Shown in pieces: positions 16,545-28,967 of a stretch of DNA of 64,000 nt (positions within the stretch are counted from its first letter, which is position 1; each line of letters starts with the position of its first letter). The translations under genes and the position numbers were made by a program. The DNA is taken from the NCBI RefSeq assembly GCF_009834535.1, contig NC_045697.1, positions 75,456,001-75,520,000 on the forward strand, read 5' to 3'. The notes under the pieces are model-generated. The model ran no database searches, had not been told where the DNA came from, and worked only from the letters and a program-made list of their open reading frames with translations. The stretch is from Camelus ferus (taxonomy: Eukaryota).

Positions 16545-17420
16545 ACTACGATCTTTTACCAAGATCATTACACAAACTGGCCTCACTGCTTCTGCTCTTA
16601 CGCCCAATTCATTCTGTTTTCAATGTAGCCTGTAGAGAGATCCTATTTAAACAGACATAGGATCATGCCATCTTTCTACTAAAACCCTCCAGTGGTTTTA
16701 CATCTCACTTGAAGTAAAAGCCAAAGTACTTACAATAGCAAATCAATCCGTCAACCACCAAACAATCCCACATCACCAACCCTACCCCCCATCTCAGTCC
16801 TACTGCTCTTTCCTTCACACACTCTACTCTCACTCACTGCTCTCCTTTGAAAATGATGCTGATCGCTGCTCTGAACTGAGGTCCTTGTACTTGCCATCTC
16901 TCTGGCTCAAGTTCTCTTCACATACCGCTCAGTCTCTCACCTCCCCTCACTCCATTCATGTATTTACTCAGACATCATCTTCTCAGTGAAGACTTCTATG
17001 GACAGTATATTTAAAATTCCACCCCTCCCTTACTGCCTATACCCTCCCCTCCTTTATTTTACTCCATAGCATATAACACTTTTAAACACACATTATATTT
17101 TTCTCACTTATCTTACTTCCTCTTACCTTATCTTATTTACTATAGGTCTTCCTCACTCTCCCACAACCACGCAAGTGGAGAATGAGTCCCAGAAGCTCAA
17201 AGATTTTCATTTGTCTGATTCATTGTTTTCACTCCTATATGGCAACCAATAGATTTATGTTTAATGTATTATATATTGACTTATGGATTTATTTGTGTAA
17301 TTTAAGATTTGTCTTCCTATTAGGCTGTAAGGTTCATAAGAAAGGGACAACGTCTATTTTGCTCACCAGTGAATTTTTAATACCTAACACTGTCCTTGAC
17401 TAGGAAATCATTTAAATATC
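16545..17420 (+). mobile_element. LINE-2 fragments
   Basis: Pyrimidine-rich L2 body: gatcatgccatctttctactaaaaccctccagtgg, acatcatcttctcagtgaagacttct, taggctgtaaggttcataagaaagggac. Confidence 0.7.
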
Positions 17421-17749
17421 ATTTACCAGTAAACTAATGATACATATATTTATTATGAATGATATGCTTATTATGAATTATTTCAAAAGACATTTATAAA
17501 ACCCACCACCTTGAAACTGACTTACAAATATGCAACTGTGAATCAAATCAATTATTTGATAAAAGTAGTAATAGCATAATATAATGTAAAAGAGTGTATC
17601 ATATAAAAACCACTTAACCATTTAAAATAAAACATTCAAAAATAAACTGAATCTTATAACACTGGGTGAAAATACACACATTATGATATCTGTCTTGAAA
17701 AATATAAAGCTTGTCAAACAACTCTACTTATTATTAAGAAAGATATGCA

Positions 17750-17985
17750 TATGCAGAAAAAAGGAAGAAAGAAATGCATGAGAACAATTAATACCAAATT
17801 CAGGAGAGTATATACCTCTACAGGGGAAGCGGGCTGCAATTAGGAAAAGGCACATGAGGGATTTTGACTGGGTTTGTAATGTTTCCTTTGGATAAGCCAG
17901 CTGTGGATACGTGGCTGCTCATTACAGTATTCTTTATGCATTTTGGTCTCTCTGAAATTGTTCCAAATAAAGAAAAACACAAATA
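17750..17985 (+). mobile_element. Old L1M 3' UTR fragment
   Basis: ataccaaattcaggagagtatatacctct...aaaggcacatgagggattttgactgggtttgtaatgtttc, ending in an A-rich tail. Confidence 0.6.
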
Positions 17986-18789
17986 AACATGTAAAATACA
18001 CTGCCTACAACCCAAGAGGAGCTTTCAACTATCCCATGTTCTTCCTTTGCTATACTACCTGAGCAAGCTCTTCCATGTTTCTTGAGAAGCATGATGACTG
18101 GCAATGCTTAGGTCGCTTGTTCTCCAAGTTTTACCTCTTTCTGCTGTGCCCTGAATCCTCACTGGTGTTAACACCAGTACACAGAAAAGATGTTTACTTG
18201 CTAACTGGTTTTTATTCTTTATATTCAGCTGTAATTATCTAATGTTTTCCCACTCTATAGTAGCTGGAATTAAAGAGAAATTAGAAATATGGCTAAATTT
18301 CTTTCATCTATGTATCCAAAAAATGATTTGCCCTTAGGAAATCACTAGGGAATACAGTTTTCAGCACAAGTAAAATTTCTTCTTTGGGAGCTAGCCGGTA
18401 CCACCCTTGGCTATTTGTAGTTCTTTACCTCTCAATATTCATGTCCTGAAGAATATGTAAAGGGGAAAATACTCTTGCAACATTTCTGGCACTGAGATTG
18501 AAAATGCCAATAAAAATTTTTAATGTTATTAATTCTTTTATGTCCCTGAAAGGCCCTAGTGTGATATTATAAAATCACAACCTGAAAAGCCTAAACAAGA
18601 CTTAGAAATGAACCCTCTCATTTTACAGAGAAAAAAAAAAAAAAACAAAAAAACAAAAACCACATATCTAAGTACTTCAGAGTTCGTACCAGAACCGAAG
18701 TTTCCCAAATTCTGGTCTGATGTTCCTAGCACTGTTCCCAGAAAATGTAGAGTCTAGTGATAATTCTCATAGAAGGGAAGAAAAGGAGC

Positions 18790-19015
18790 TAATACTGTTT
18801 GAGAATTCTGCTGGCTCTTGCTAGGCACTTTAAAGGCACCATCTTTTTTAATTCTCACAACAGCTTTATGAGGTAGAATTATAATTCCATTTTCCTGAGG
18901 AGCCAGCTGGGACTCAGAGCGGTAATGTCACTTGCCTCAGTTCCCATAAAGTAACAAGTGACTGAACAGAAGCCGGGCAGGATTTGTGTAAGTCCGAAGC
19001 TGGCTTGGTGCACTC
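18790..19015 (-). mobile_element. MIR SINE
   Basis: taattctcacaacagctttatgaggtagaattataattccatttt...agaagccgggcaggatttg. Confidence 0.75.
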
Positions 19016-22000
19016 TGCCTGCCCCTTTAAATAGTACTGGTGCATGAGAGGAATAGTCCATATCATGCAGCCTTAACAGGGGCAGTATTCCCCTAAGGGA
19101 ACAAAAATTTTTTGCTACAATATGGTCCTCCAAAGGGTTACAGTACCTATAAACATATATTACAATTTCATGGGGAAAAGAGCAATCAAAAAAAAAAAAA
19201 ATCTAAACTATCTCCTTAATGGAGTAATAATGGGGTGGAGAAGGTTAAGAAACTCTCCTCTGTATTGTTGAAGAACAAAAATGCAAGTCAATTTTTAAGT
19301 CATTTTTCCAACTCAGGTATAAACTCAAAATCAGGATGCCTATTTCTCAATTCTATGAAATGTATATTTTAAACATCATTGGTTCTTTTAAAAGCCACAA
19401 GCTTTCTGCTAGTTAAAGCATGAGTTTCAGAGCCAAGCAGACTTATCAAGTTGGCAAATCAGTTCAAATATTCACAAGTTTTGCAATTACTTGAACTTTC
19501 TTAGTTTCGTGTTATAGGACCATTAAAATAATTAGCTGCAATAGCATGTGAAGTGCCCAACAAATAGTAAACTTTCACTCAATGTGACTCCCTTCCCCAC
19601 ATTTGGTTATTAATTTCTCTGAATAGTAAATCTCTACAAGAGGAACAAGAATTGGTTAAAATTGGTTAAAATAAAGGTTTTTTAGGGAAAGAACTGAATA
19701 TTTTGACCACTATAGGATTATGCAGTTTTCAAGTGGCTGAGATTTAGCATTCAAGCATTTAGAAAAGTAGGAGAGGGTTCCATAGCAGCAGGTTTGTTGG
19801 AGTATTTTGAAGGAAGAATACTTTAAGCGGCCTGTGACAGAGGGGGGAATAAAGGTTATATTTACTTCAGTCACAACCTTCAGTGGTCAGAAGAGCCTGT
19901 CCAAATCATAAAAGATAAGTATCTTAAAGGAATAAAATGAAGGGGCAGCAGATAGACTGGGTGCTACAGTGATAGAAAACTGATGCGATTTAAGTTTCTG
20001 AAATTGTGATGTAGCAAAATATGCCTCAATGCAACCATTTCAATTCCAACACATTTTAAATGGAGGATTGTATTTCCCTTCCATTGTGCCAGCTTAAAAA
20101 CATGACAATGAGGGTTGTAATCTTTATAATTGCTCGTATTTAATATTTCACCTCTCCTTCCATGATAGGTGATATGATAACTAAAGATAATTCTGTGCCT
20201 CAAGCCAGATTCCCTAAGGATTTTTTTAATTCAAATAAATATATTATCCTATATGTATTGCCAAAAAAACTTTACTAATAAATTTCACATTTCAAAGAAC
20301 TTATTTACACATAAATTAATATCAATACTCATGTTTATTTTTGTAGATTAATATAATCCCTTTAGTTTCTCCTTTAATAATTTATTAAAAAGTAACATAT
20401 CAGTTAGAAAGGATTGTACAAACAATGCAATGTAAAAAATTCATATATACATATAGAATGTGTATTTTTAATGAAGAATAAACATGTGTGCATTTTTGTG
20501 TATGCCGATCCACCTAAATCTGATGTGTTTGCAGTCTTGCTCTGTTTTATCACACAGGGCATTACAAATGGGGAGAGTTTGTTTCTCCAGCAAGAAAATA
20601 TCACTTTAATCATCTACTTATCACCACTCTACAGAAGCAGCAATTCAGAAAAACACTAATAAAATTACAAAACAGTGAATCAAGAGCTGAGCTACTAAGT
20701 AAAAAGATGATGTAAAATTTGAAGTTATGTTTCTTTTTGTCAGTAAGAAAAGAAATCATCAATCTAGTGAATATGCAGCCATTGGTTGCAATGATTGAAG
20801 AACAAATAAGTTTGTCCGTGGGGTTTTAATTATCCTGATCTTTGGCTTTCTTAATTTTAACTAGAAAAAGAAAAAATAAATTTTTTCATCAGAGAAGTAG
20901 ATGGGGCTCAGACTGCTTTCAGAGCAGTAATGCACTATGGTGTTCATTTCAAGGTACCAGATCCAGTTCCAAAGGTCAAGGTCATACTGCCCATTATGTT
21001 GGAGGAATTAAACCCTTCTGGTCCCAAAGTGGTAAAAGAAAAAGCAGGGTTCCATTCTTTGCTCATATTTTTTAAACAATTTGAAAATATTACTAGAAGC
21101 TGATCATCATGTTAAACTTAAAAATATCAAAAACTTTTCTCACACTATGTCTCCCTTCACTTCCAAAATGCCTTCCTATGTATTTTCAAATATCCTTCCT
21201 GGGTTTTACATTGTGTCTGGACTTCGGACTAATTATGGTATTGAGTGCCCTGAATAGGCTATTTTGCTTCATTGTGTTACAGTTATATTGCAGGACCAAT
21301 TACACTATGTCAATGCAATTTTCCACATAGTGTTGACAGCTATTGATACTGTGGCTCAGAGGCTGTGGAAATGGGCAAAGTCTCAGTTGGGAGATTATCT
21401 TCTTTCTCCCTTTTGCTTAAATGAATCAGCTTGTTTCCTTTCCTTTTAGCTGCCTATTTTCAACCTTCTGTTTAGTATTCAGTGGAATTGAACCATCATC
21501 TTAATAACCAGGACTAGGAAAAAAAGGACCTATTCAGATGAAATGATAATTCTACTAAAGAACATGCAACAAATCCACATGTAACTTTCCTCATTATTTT
21601 CTCGTATCTCAGAACTTGTATAAACTCTTATAAAGTCTGGAGGTCTTGGTTTTGTTTATTTGGTATAAAATATATGGTCAACTTACCTATACATGAAAAG
21701 CAAAATACAACACATAACTTTGCACAGACCACAGAAATGAGAAAACAGCATTACAAAACTTTTAAAGGTCAATTTATTTTGAAAGAATTTATGAGAATTA
21801 TTATACTATATTTTCAAATAAGCATGCCTACAAATTTTCAAGTTTGAGATTTATAGTCAAATAATTTCCATTTATAAATACAAATGTAGCAATCAAAATA
21901 TATTTAACATTGCATGGCATCATAAAAGTTACTTTACGAAAAAAAAAAAAAAGGAGCCATTTATAAACCTAAAACAGTAATGCTAGGATCTATAGAAAAC

Positions 22001-23139
22001 AAATCTGTGCTCCTATTACAGAAAGAGTTGGGTCTTTCTTCTTTGATCTCAGAAATTCCTCCAGAATTTACATAACAGAGCTTAGACATGATCAATAACC
22101 TAAACAGGGTTTAAAATCTAGTGTTCCAAAATATACAGTTATACTCAATGTCTACATATATTCTCATAAACTTTCCTAGACTTCAGATGAATCATCAGAA
22201 TCAAAACCCAGAAAACCTTCATTCAACAACAACAACCAAGTGCCAGCTACTGATTTGAAGCTTAGTGTGAAAAGGTGCCTGAATGCACTTTTGCTTCCTA
22301 TCTGGGGTACAGTGGGGATATACTAGGGTAATTCAAGGTGTGAGGGAAGAGATGCAACTTGTTTTATTCATGTCTTCTCTATATTCTGCATCATTTGGCT
22401 TGCAACTTTATGAAACGTTTTAAATTTCTTTCTTTCCAATTCACTTTAGAACTTACTTGAAAGAAGTCAGTTTTGACCTTCCAGATATCCTGGAAAACAC
22501 CATCAGATTGATATTACCACTTGTAATTTTTCACACTACATGGAAACAAAGTATAGACTCATTCTGAACCACAGAAGCAAATGTTCTGCAGCAACAAATG
22601 AAGCAAAAATATAGAGGTAAGTCAGAATGACAGGTTAACCTGGTTTAGAAGGTGCCTCTGGGAAAGAAGTATGAACTGGGAGATAGCTTGATTTCTGAAA
22701 ACTCTAGAATTAGAAGATGTAAAAGATTCAGTGAGTGAAAAACATCCTGGGGTCCAATCCTCTATCAAATATTCATCTTCAGTCCTCCTTACGAAGAACT
22801 CCATTCCCATGAGAGAGATATATAGGAAACAGGAAATGAGATTATTATGATCACTTTGGGTTGATTTGCTTTTCTTGTGTACTAAAGGGTCTGTGCTTCT
22901 TTAGAACACGCCATGAAAAATAGGCAAGAGAATATAGAAACTGAAAATGCAATCTACAGACACAACTATTTTAAAAGGAAACGTTAGCCTGATTCTTCTC
23001 TAAGGATCAATAGACGTTTAGTACCATGTAATAGAATCCAAAAGGAAAACTGGCGTCCCTCAAAAGTCTCAGCTACACGAACATGTGTTACTAGCCTATT
23101 ATATCACTCCCCTCTATATCTCAAAAGGATCCCTTTTTC

Positions 23140-23740
23140 CATTATCTCTTTCAACAAGTATTTGTTCCATGCCTGCTGTGTAACAGGAGGTGCTTTACTC
23201 ACTAAGAACACAGCAGCAAATAGGAGGACGTAACCACGCAAAGATCACAGACAAGAGCATTCCATGCAACAGGGACAGTACAAGGCCCTAAAGTGGGAAC
23301 ACATCTGGTCTGTTCAACATGGTTGGAGAGTGAGGAACAAGGAAAGAAGAGTGTAAAATAAAGTACGAAGAAATAAGCAAGGACCAGAACATGGGGTACT
23401 CTACAAGTTAGGTCAAGAAATTTGGGTTTCATTAACTATGATATTTGGTGTTTTTAAAAGATCATTCTGGCTACTGTGAATAATGAATCATGGAGAAACA
23501 AGAAGAGAAATCAGTGCAATCTGTTACTGTAGGGCAATTAAAAGTGATGGTTGGTTAATAATAGAGATAGAAATGAGTAGATGAAATGAAGATATACTTG
23601 GGAAGTGGGCTCTATAGGACTAAAATGAAGACCTGGAAAAAAGGAACAAGGAATGGAAAGTAATCGAGAATAACTCCTAGATTTTGTCTTGAGTAGTTAG
23701 ATGGGAAATGTTGCCATTTTCTGAGAAGGAAGTCCAGGAA
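23140..23740 (-). mobile_element. LINE-2 fragment
   Basis: ttcaacaagtatttgttccatgcctgctgtgt, acaaggccctaaagtgggaaca, aagatcattctggctactgtg, gaataactcctagattttg. Confidence 0.75.
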
Positions 23741-24370
23741 TGAAAGATTGATTGATCAAAGATGAAATAAACTAGTCTGCTAAAAGGAAGCACTTCTTCC
23801 ATTCTTCTAAATTCCTCATGAGACTAAGTCACTGAGAATAACATTGCAAAATGTTATACATTAAACTTTTTTCCTTTTCCTTTTCCAAGACCTTCAAGTC
23901 TTCCAGCCCAAGTTCTTAGATCTATTTGCTATAATCTTGTTGATACCTATGACAATAAGAGAATGAATCCTCCCTTCTAAAGATGAGAACACCAAAAGGG
24001 TTCATACTGAGTCAAATGAAATTTGAAGGAAAGATTACACTGGATTTCACAAACCAGCATATAGTAATGTTTCTTTCTAGTTTGTTTCCATCTTTTTAAA
24101 TTATGTATATCCAATATAGCATTAAAAACATTACAGGGCATCTATATGACTTTTGCTAAATAAAAGAATATTGGTCATCTCCAAAGAGCAGTCTCTAATT
24201 TTACATAAATAGCCACATTATTGGGTTGACATCACAGCACTGGGCACAAATTAGTTTTCTTAATAAAAGAGATAATAACACATCAAGGAGTTTATCTTTC
24301 TTTTGCGATTTCAAGATAATCTGAAAATAGGCATTTACAGAAAAAATGTAGTTCAGAAAGCAGCTCTTAC

Positions 24371-24696
24371 CCAGAGATGCTAAGCATCCAAGTAGGGTCC
24401 ATGAAGTCTGAACAATACATCACTAGCAGGATACTTAAGGCCTCTCCAGAGCTTGTACTGTTAGTCATTTTGTCAGAGAAACTGGCAAAACAGATTATCT
24501 TTTCATCAATACCAGATGGAGCAGGAAAGATCCTCATTAATCTACGTCCAATGATTTCAGATATGGTCTTTGCCCAAATCAACTTCAACTGAATTTTCAA
24601 TCTAAACAACATATAACTACTATGTGATGGATGGATATGCCAACTGAAGTACCATATTTCCAAAAACGTTTGAGCAGAAAGGAGCTAATTGTTTTT
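24371..24696 (-). other. Candidate exon of an unidentified minus-strand transcript
   Basis: Minus strand: acceptor cttccttttcttttcccag|AAAAAC and donor TCTGG|gtaaga. One frame is open for ~100 codons up to the donor. No recognised repeat or protein similarity. Confidence 0.25.
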
Positions 24697-24989
24697 CTGG
24701 GAAAAGAAAAGGAAGTCCTTTCAATTGTCATGGAAGTCTTTATAAACCAGAGACAATCAGAGGCCATAATTTCATTTTGTCTTAATGCCATTTCTACCTG
24801 TATGCTCCTACCTCACCCACCAGCATGGACCTCTATATCATAGGGACCCTAGTATTGGCTACTTATCAAGGACAGCTCCCTTGCACTGTTTATTCTTCCC
24901 CCTAGATGTGCATAAGGCTAGTTTCTTTTCTTCTGTCAGATTTCAACTCAAATGTTCTCTCCTCACAGAAATCTTTCCAGATCACCTGT

Positions 24990-25447
24990 GTTTACTTGAT
25001 AACCAAAACTTCATGAAAACCCAATATGCAATGGCTCAAGCACAAAAGGATTTTATTTCACTTCTACTGAATACTCCAGACAATCTCGTGAGTTGCAGCC
25101 AGGGAAGGAGGCTTTGCTCCACACAGTCATTCAGGGACCCAGGCTGATGTTAGCTCTGTCATTTTTAACACATAACTTCCAAGATTGTTCCAGTCACTCT
25201 GTTCATCGTTATGATCTTCCAGCCCACAAGAAGAAACAAAAAGCATTAAAAAGCATATGAGCCAGGCCTGGAAGTGTTACCCTTCACTTCTGCCCTTGAA
25301 CTAATGGAAAGTACTCAAATGGCCACTACAGTATTTACTGTCATATTTTAAATTTAGAAACTTAGTGTAGTTGGGAAACCATGGACCAGCTTTGGTAGAA
25401 GAAAAGGAGAATGAACTTTGACGAACAGCTAGTAGTGCCTACTACAC
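24990..25447 (-). mobile_element. MLT1 (ERVL-MaLR, MLT1K/L-like) solo LTR within L2
   Basis: ctccacacagtcattcagggacccaggctgatg and gccaggcctggaagtg...cacttctgccc; L2-like sequence on both sides. Confidence 0.7.
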
Positions 25448-25764
25448 CACACTAGTTTTAAGTCATATCTATTAATATTCTGTCTTTCCCACATATATAA
25501 GATCATTAAGATTTTTGTCTGTTTTGCTCCTATCACAATGGTCAACATTAGAATAGAGCTTGGCATCTAATAGATGATTAGACAATATTTGTTGGCTGAC
25601 TGATTTACCAGGCCAATGTCTCTAAAGACTCCTGTGCAGTGAGACCTAGGTATTTTGTTGGTACAACTTCTCATGTCCAAGGACTACTTTCAGAAGTAAT
25701 TACATCCATCTCCTCTTTGTGTCCTTTTAGAATTATCAAATGATAGTAAGAACAATTTCTAATA

Positions 25765-25975
25765 TGTACTGAGTAGCAGCCATGTGCCATACAACACTAA
25801 ATCTTTCACACGTGTTGTCTCATTAAGCCTTCACAATTACTCCAGGAGGTAGATACTCTTTTATAAATGAAGAAAGTGACACTTAGAAAAGCTAAGTAAT
25901 TTGCTCAAGCTCCACAGTGAAAAAGATAACAGAACCGGGACTAAAATCTTGCTTTAGAGCTCGATCTCCAGAGCC
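25765..25975 (-). mobile_element. MIR SINE
   Basis: ataaatgaagaaagtgacacttagaaaagctaagtaatttgctcaag. Confidence 0.7.
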
Positions 25976-26025
25976 TAAGGTTTTTCATCAGGCTGACATC
26001 TGAAAAATTATGTATTCTTTGAAAG

Positions 26026-26226
26026 CAGTGGTTCTCAAATGGGGGCAATTTTGGCAATTTCTGGTAACAGTTTTGATTGTCATGAACAGGATAAGGGAAT
26101 TATCATCGACATCTAATGCGTGGAGATCAAAGATGCTGCTAAACATCCTACAGTTGCATGACCCCCACACACAACAAAGAATTATTCAGCTCAAAACGTC
26201 AGTAGAGCCAAAGTTGAGAAACCCTT
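26026..26226 (+). mobile_element. MER20 (hAT-Charlie) DNA transposon fossil
   Basis: Termini CAGTGGTTCTCAA...TTGAGAAACCCT; internal gatgctgctaaacatcctaca and cacaacaaagaattattcagc. Confidence 0.88.
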
Positions 26227-28967
26227 ACTTAGAGGGACATGCTGTTAGTCAATGACATGTGGTTTTGAACAAATCATAGCAATTACTCTTATTCTGATCT
26301 TCTCAAAGATTATTTTTACCCCACTTAAAAACCCTTTTCAACATTGCACCAGTCTATGTCATCATTCACTACTTCTTTTCACATTTCAGCTTCTAATTTC
26401 AATTTTTTCCTGGAAATTTTATTCATTATCTCTTTCAAACTTGAGTTGTCTTTTGCAACAGCTTAGCAAAGTCTAGAGTTTTTCATCCTGACACCTTCCA
26501 ACATCCTATCTCCTATGACACCCCCTTCTACAGGTTAAGAACCTTTGTAATAACCTCCCCAAGGCAGACCTAAACCAAATGTTTACATAGCTCCCCCTCC
26601 CCCAATAACTTACCAAATATACTTATCTTATTTGAGGCTGCTGTGTTCTCTTGAATCCAGCTGGGATTTTAATGACCTAATGTGCCTAATGTAAATCCTC
26701 CTATTTTATTTTGTAAAAAATGAAAAGAGCAAGCTAATAGCAAAGCCAAGATGAAACACAAGGCCCTCTGACTCCTAGTATACCATTATTTTTTTAAGAT
26801 ACCACACTGACTCATATCTGACAGAATGTCCATATGCATTCACATTTGCTAGTATTAATGCTTTTAATCTATCTAGAGCTAACAGTAAAATTACAGGAAC
26901 CTGCTAATTTCTAAGTAAGTTGTTTGGTCTAATTTGCTCTGTATATTTGTATATTTGCTCAAATACTAAATACATTTTAAGATACTATTTCTAGAACTTA
27001 AAACTACTGATTTTTACATGTCAGATTGCCTCTTCACTTTGTAGCCAAACAGTACAAATCTGGCCTCTACAAATTGTAATTAGAAAGTTTTATTTTAAAG
27101 ATAGCAGCAGTGAGTAAGCTTGCTAATTACAAAGAACACAAAGAAACTCTAGAATTCAGAGGAAAGGGCCATGAGAATTCTCATCTCTTCTTTGACCTGC
27201 TACCCAGTTTTGATTTTAACTTAAACTGATTCTCGGGAAGAATGACAGGATGGAAGCAAGAGACGGGTACTGAGGATGATGCAAGGAAAAAAATTGCAGA
27301 TGGAAAGATCGATCTACAGAAAAACAGAGGGGAACCAATCTAAGCAAATAGCCCTGAAATGTACACTTACCATCACCAAACCCAGGGTTTCCAGGTGTTT
27401 TCTTTTCTTTTCCTACAGAGACAAGATTGTCAGGATGTCAAGCACCTAATTGAACTCTGCCGCACTGCACTGTGAATTCCAAGGCTACATGTGTCATTCT
27501 GTCCATGTGTTTCTAATTTAACATGCTCTTTCTCTCCAGATAGCTTTACAAATAGCTAAGCACACTTAATGTGGTGACCCAACCAGGAAGGATGTGTCAG
27601 ACTGCTAACTCTGGTGCTCCTTTCAAATGATTGTCTGGACAGGCAAAACATGACCAGCAATTGTTCCTTGCCAGGGATTTTCATGGCAGTAAGCCGTCTA
27701 ATCTGGATATGATCTTTCTTATGACCTTGGCTGCTGTTTCACTGTAATTTTCTTAGACCTACAGGTAAAATCTAGGCATTCTCATGAATATGGAATTTTT
27801 ATGGAAATGAACATCAAATATGGAATGCAAGCTTTTGTAGAATAATGAAGAAGCAACAGATGTGGAGAAGCAAGAATGGAAAAACAAGAGGAACCAGATG
27901 GTTAACACCCTCATGAAAAATGGATATGTGATGTAGCCCAAGCACCCTCAGTAGACATGGAAATACCGTATTTCCATTTTTATTCTAGCTCCTTGCCACT
28001 CTACTGTAATGCTGACTCTGGGACTTCTACAACACCAGAGTGTCATATTTGTCATGGAACACTGAGCCACACAATTAAAGAGTAGAACCATGAAGTCACA
28101 CTAGATCTAAATGATTTTTTTGAGTCTGATGAGAATAGGAACAAAGAAAAAGAGGAGGGGGGGGGAAACCTCTTAAGATGTTGCCAATACAAAGAATGGC
28201 AAAAGTCAGAAAGATAAAAGCAGAGTGATAATTAGATATAAAAACATCCCATAGAAGTGAAAACAGTTCAATAACAGTAAATTAACATTAAAGAGTCTGC
28301 TTGTAATTAAGTTAATATTTCCTCCCCACAAATTTTGTCAGGTACACCTCTACTAATGTATGCAAATACAAATGCCTTATGGATATTAATCTATGATACA
28401 CAAATTTTATGTGCACAGTATATAATTCAAGATATAATTTTTTGTACTAAAGCCATTCAGTGCAGTTTATCATAATCCAGACTAAGAGACATTACATCCT
28501 GTGCCTATAGTCAAAGTCTCAGAAACATCCCACATATGCCAAAGTTCCATAGAGACCTAAATAAACAATAACTGAAAGGAGGACTAAAAAGAAGAAATAA
28601 AAACAAAATAGCCTTAACACTTACTTGTGGTTTCTTCCCCAAGCCAGTTTCTTTAATGTGAAGAGAGAACTTATGTATTTAAAAGGAAGAGAAATAAATG
28701 GAGAGGGGAGAAGTGGATTTTACTCCAGTTGTGATTGATCCTAGACTAAAGGACATGATGAGGTATTAATTTGTATGACAGTTCTAGTGAAGAGACTATT
28801 TGATGCACTGGTAATTCTAGGTTATCAAATATACTTCTGGTAAATTTATATCTAACTGCAACCAGTTTCTTGTCTGTAAAATGAATGTAAATAGCCTTCT
28901 TCACTTGTTTTAGTGAATTTTACACTAGCTTATTACACTAAGATTATTAAACACTTAAAAACTCTTT

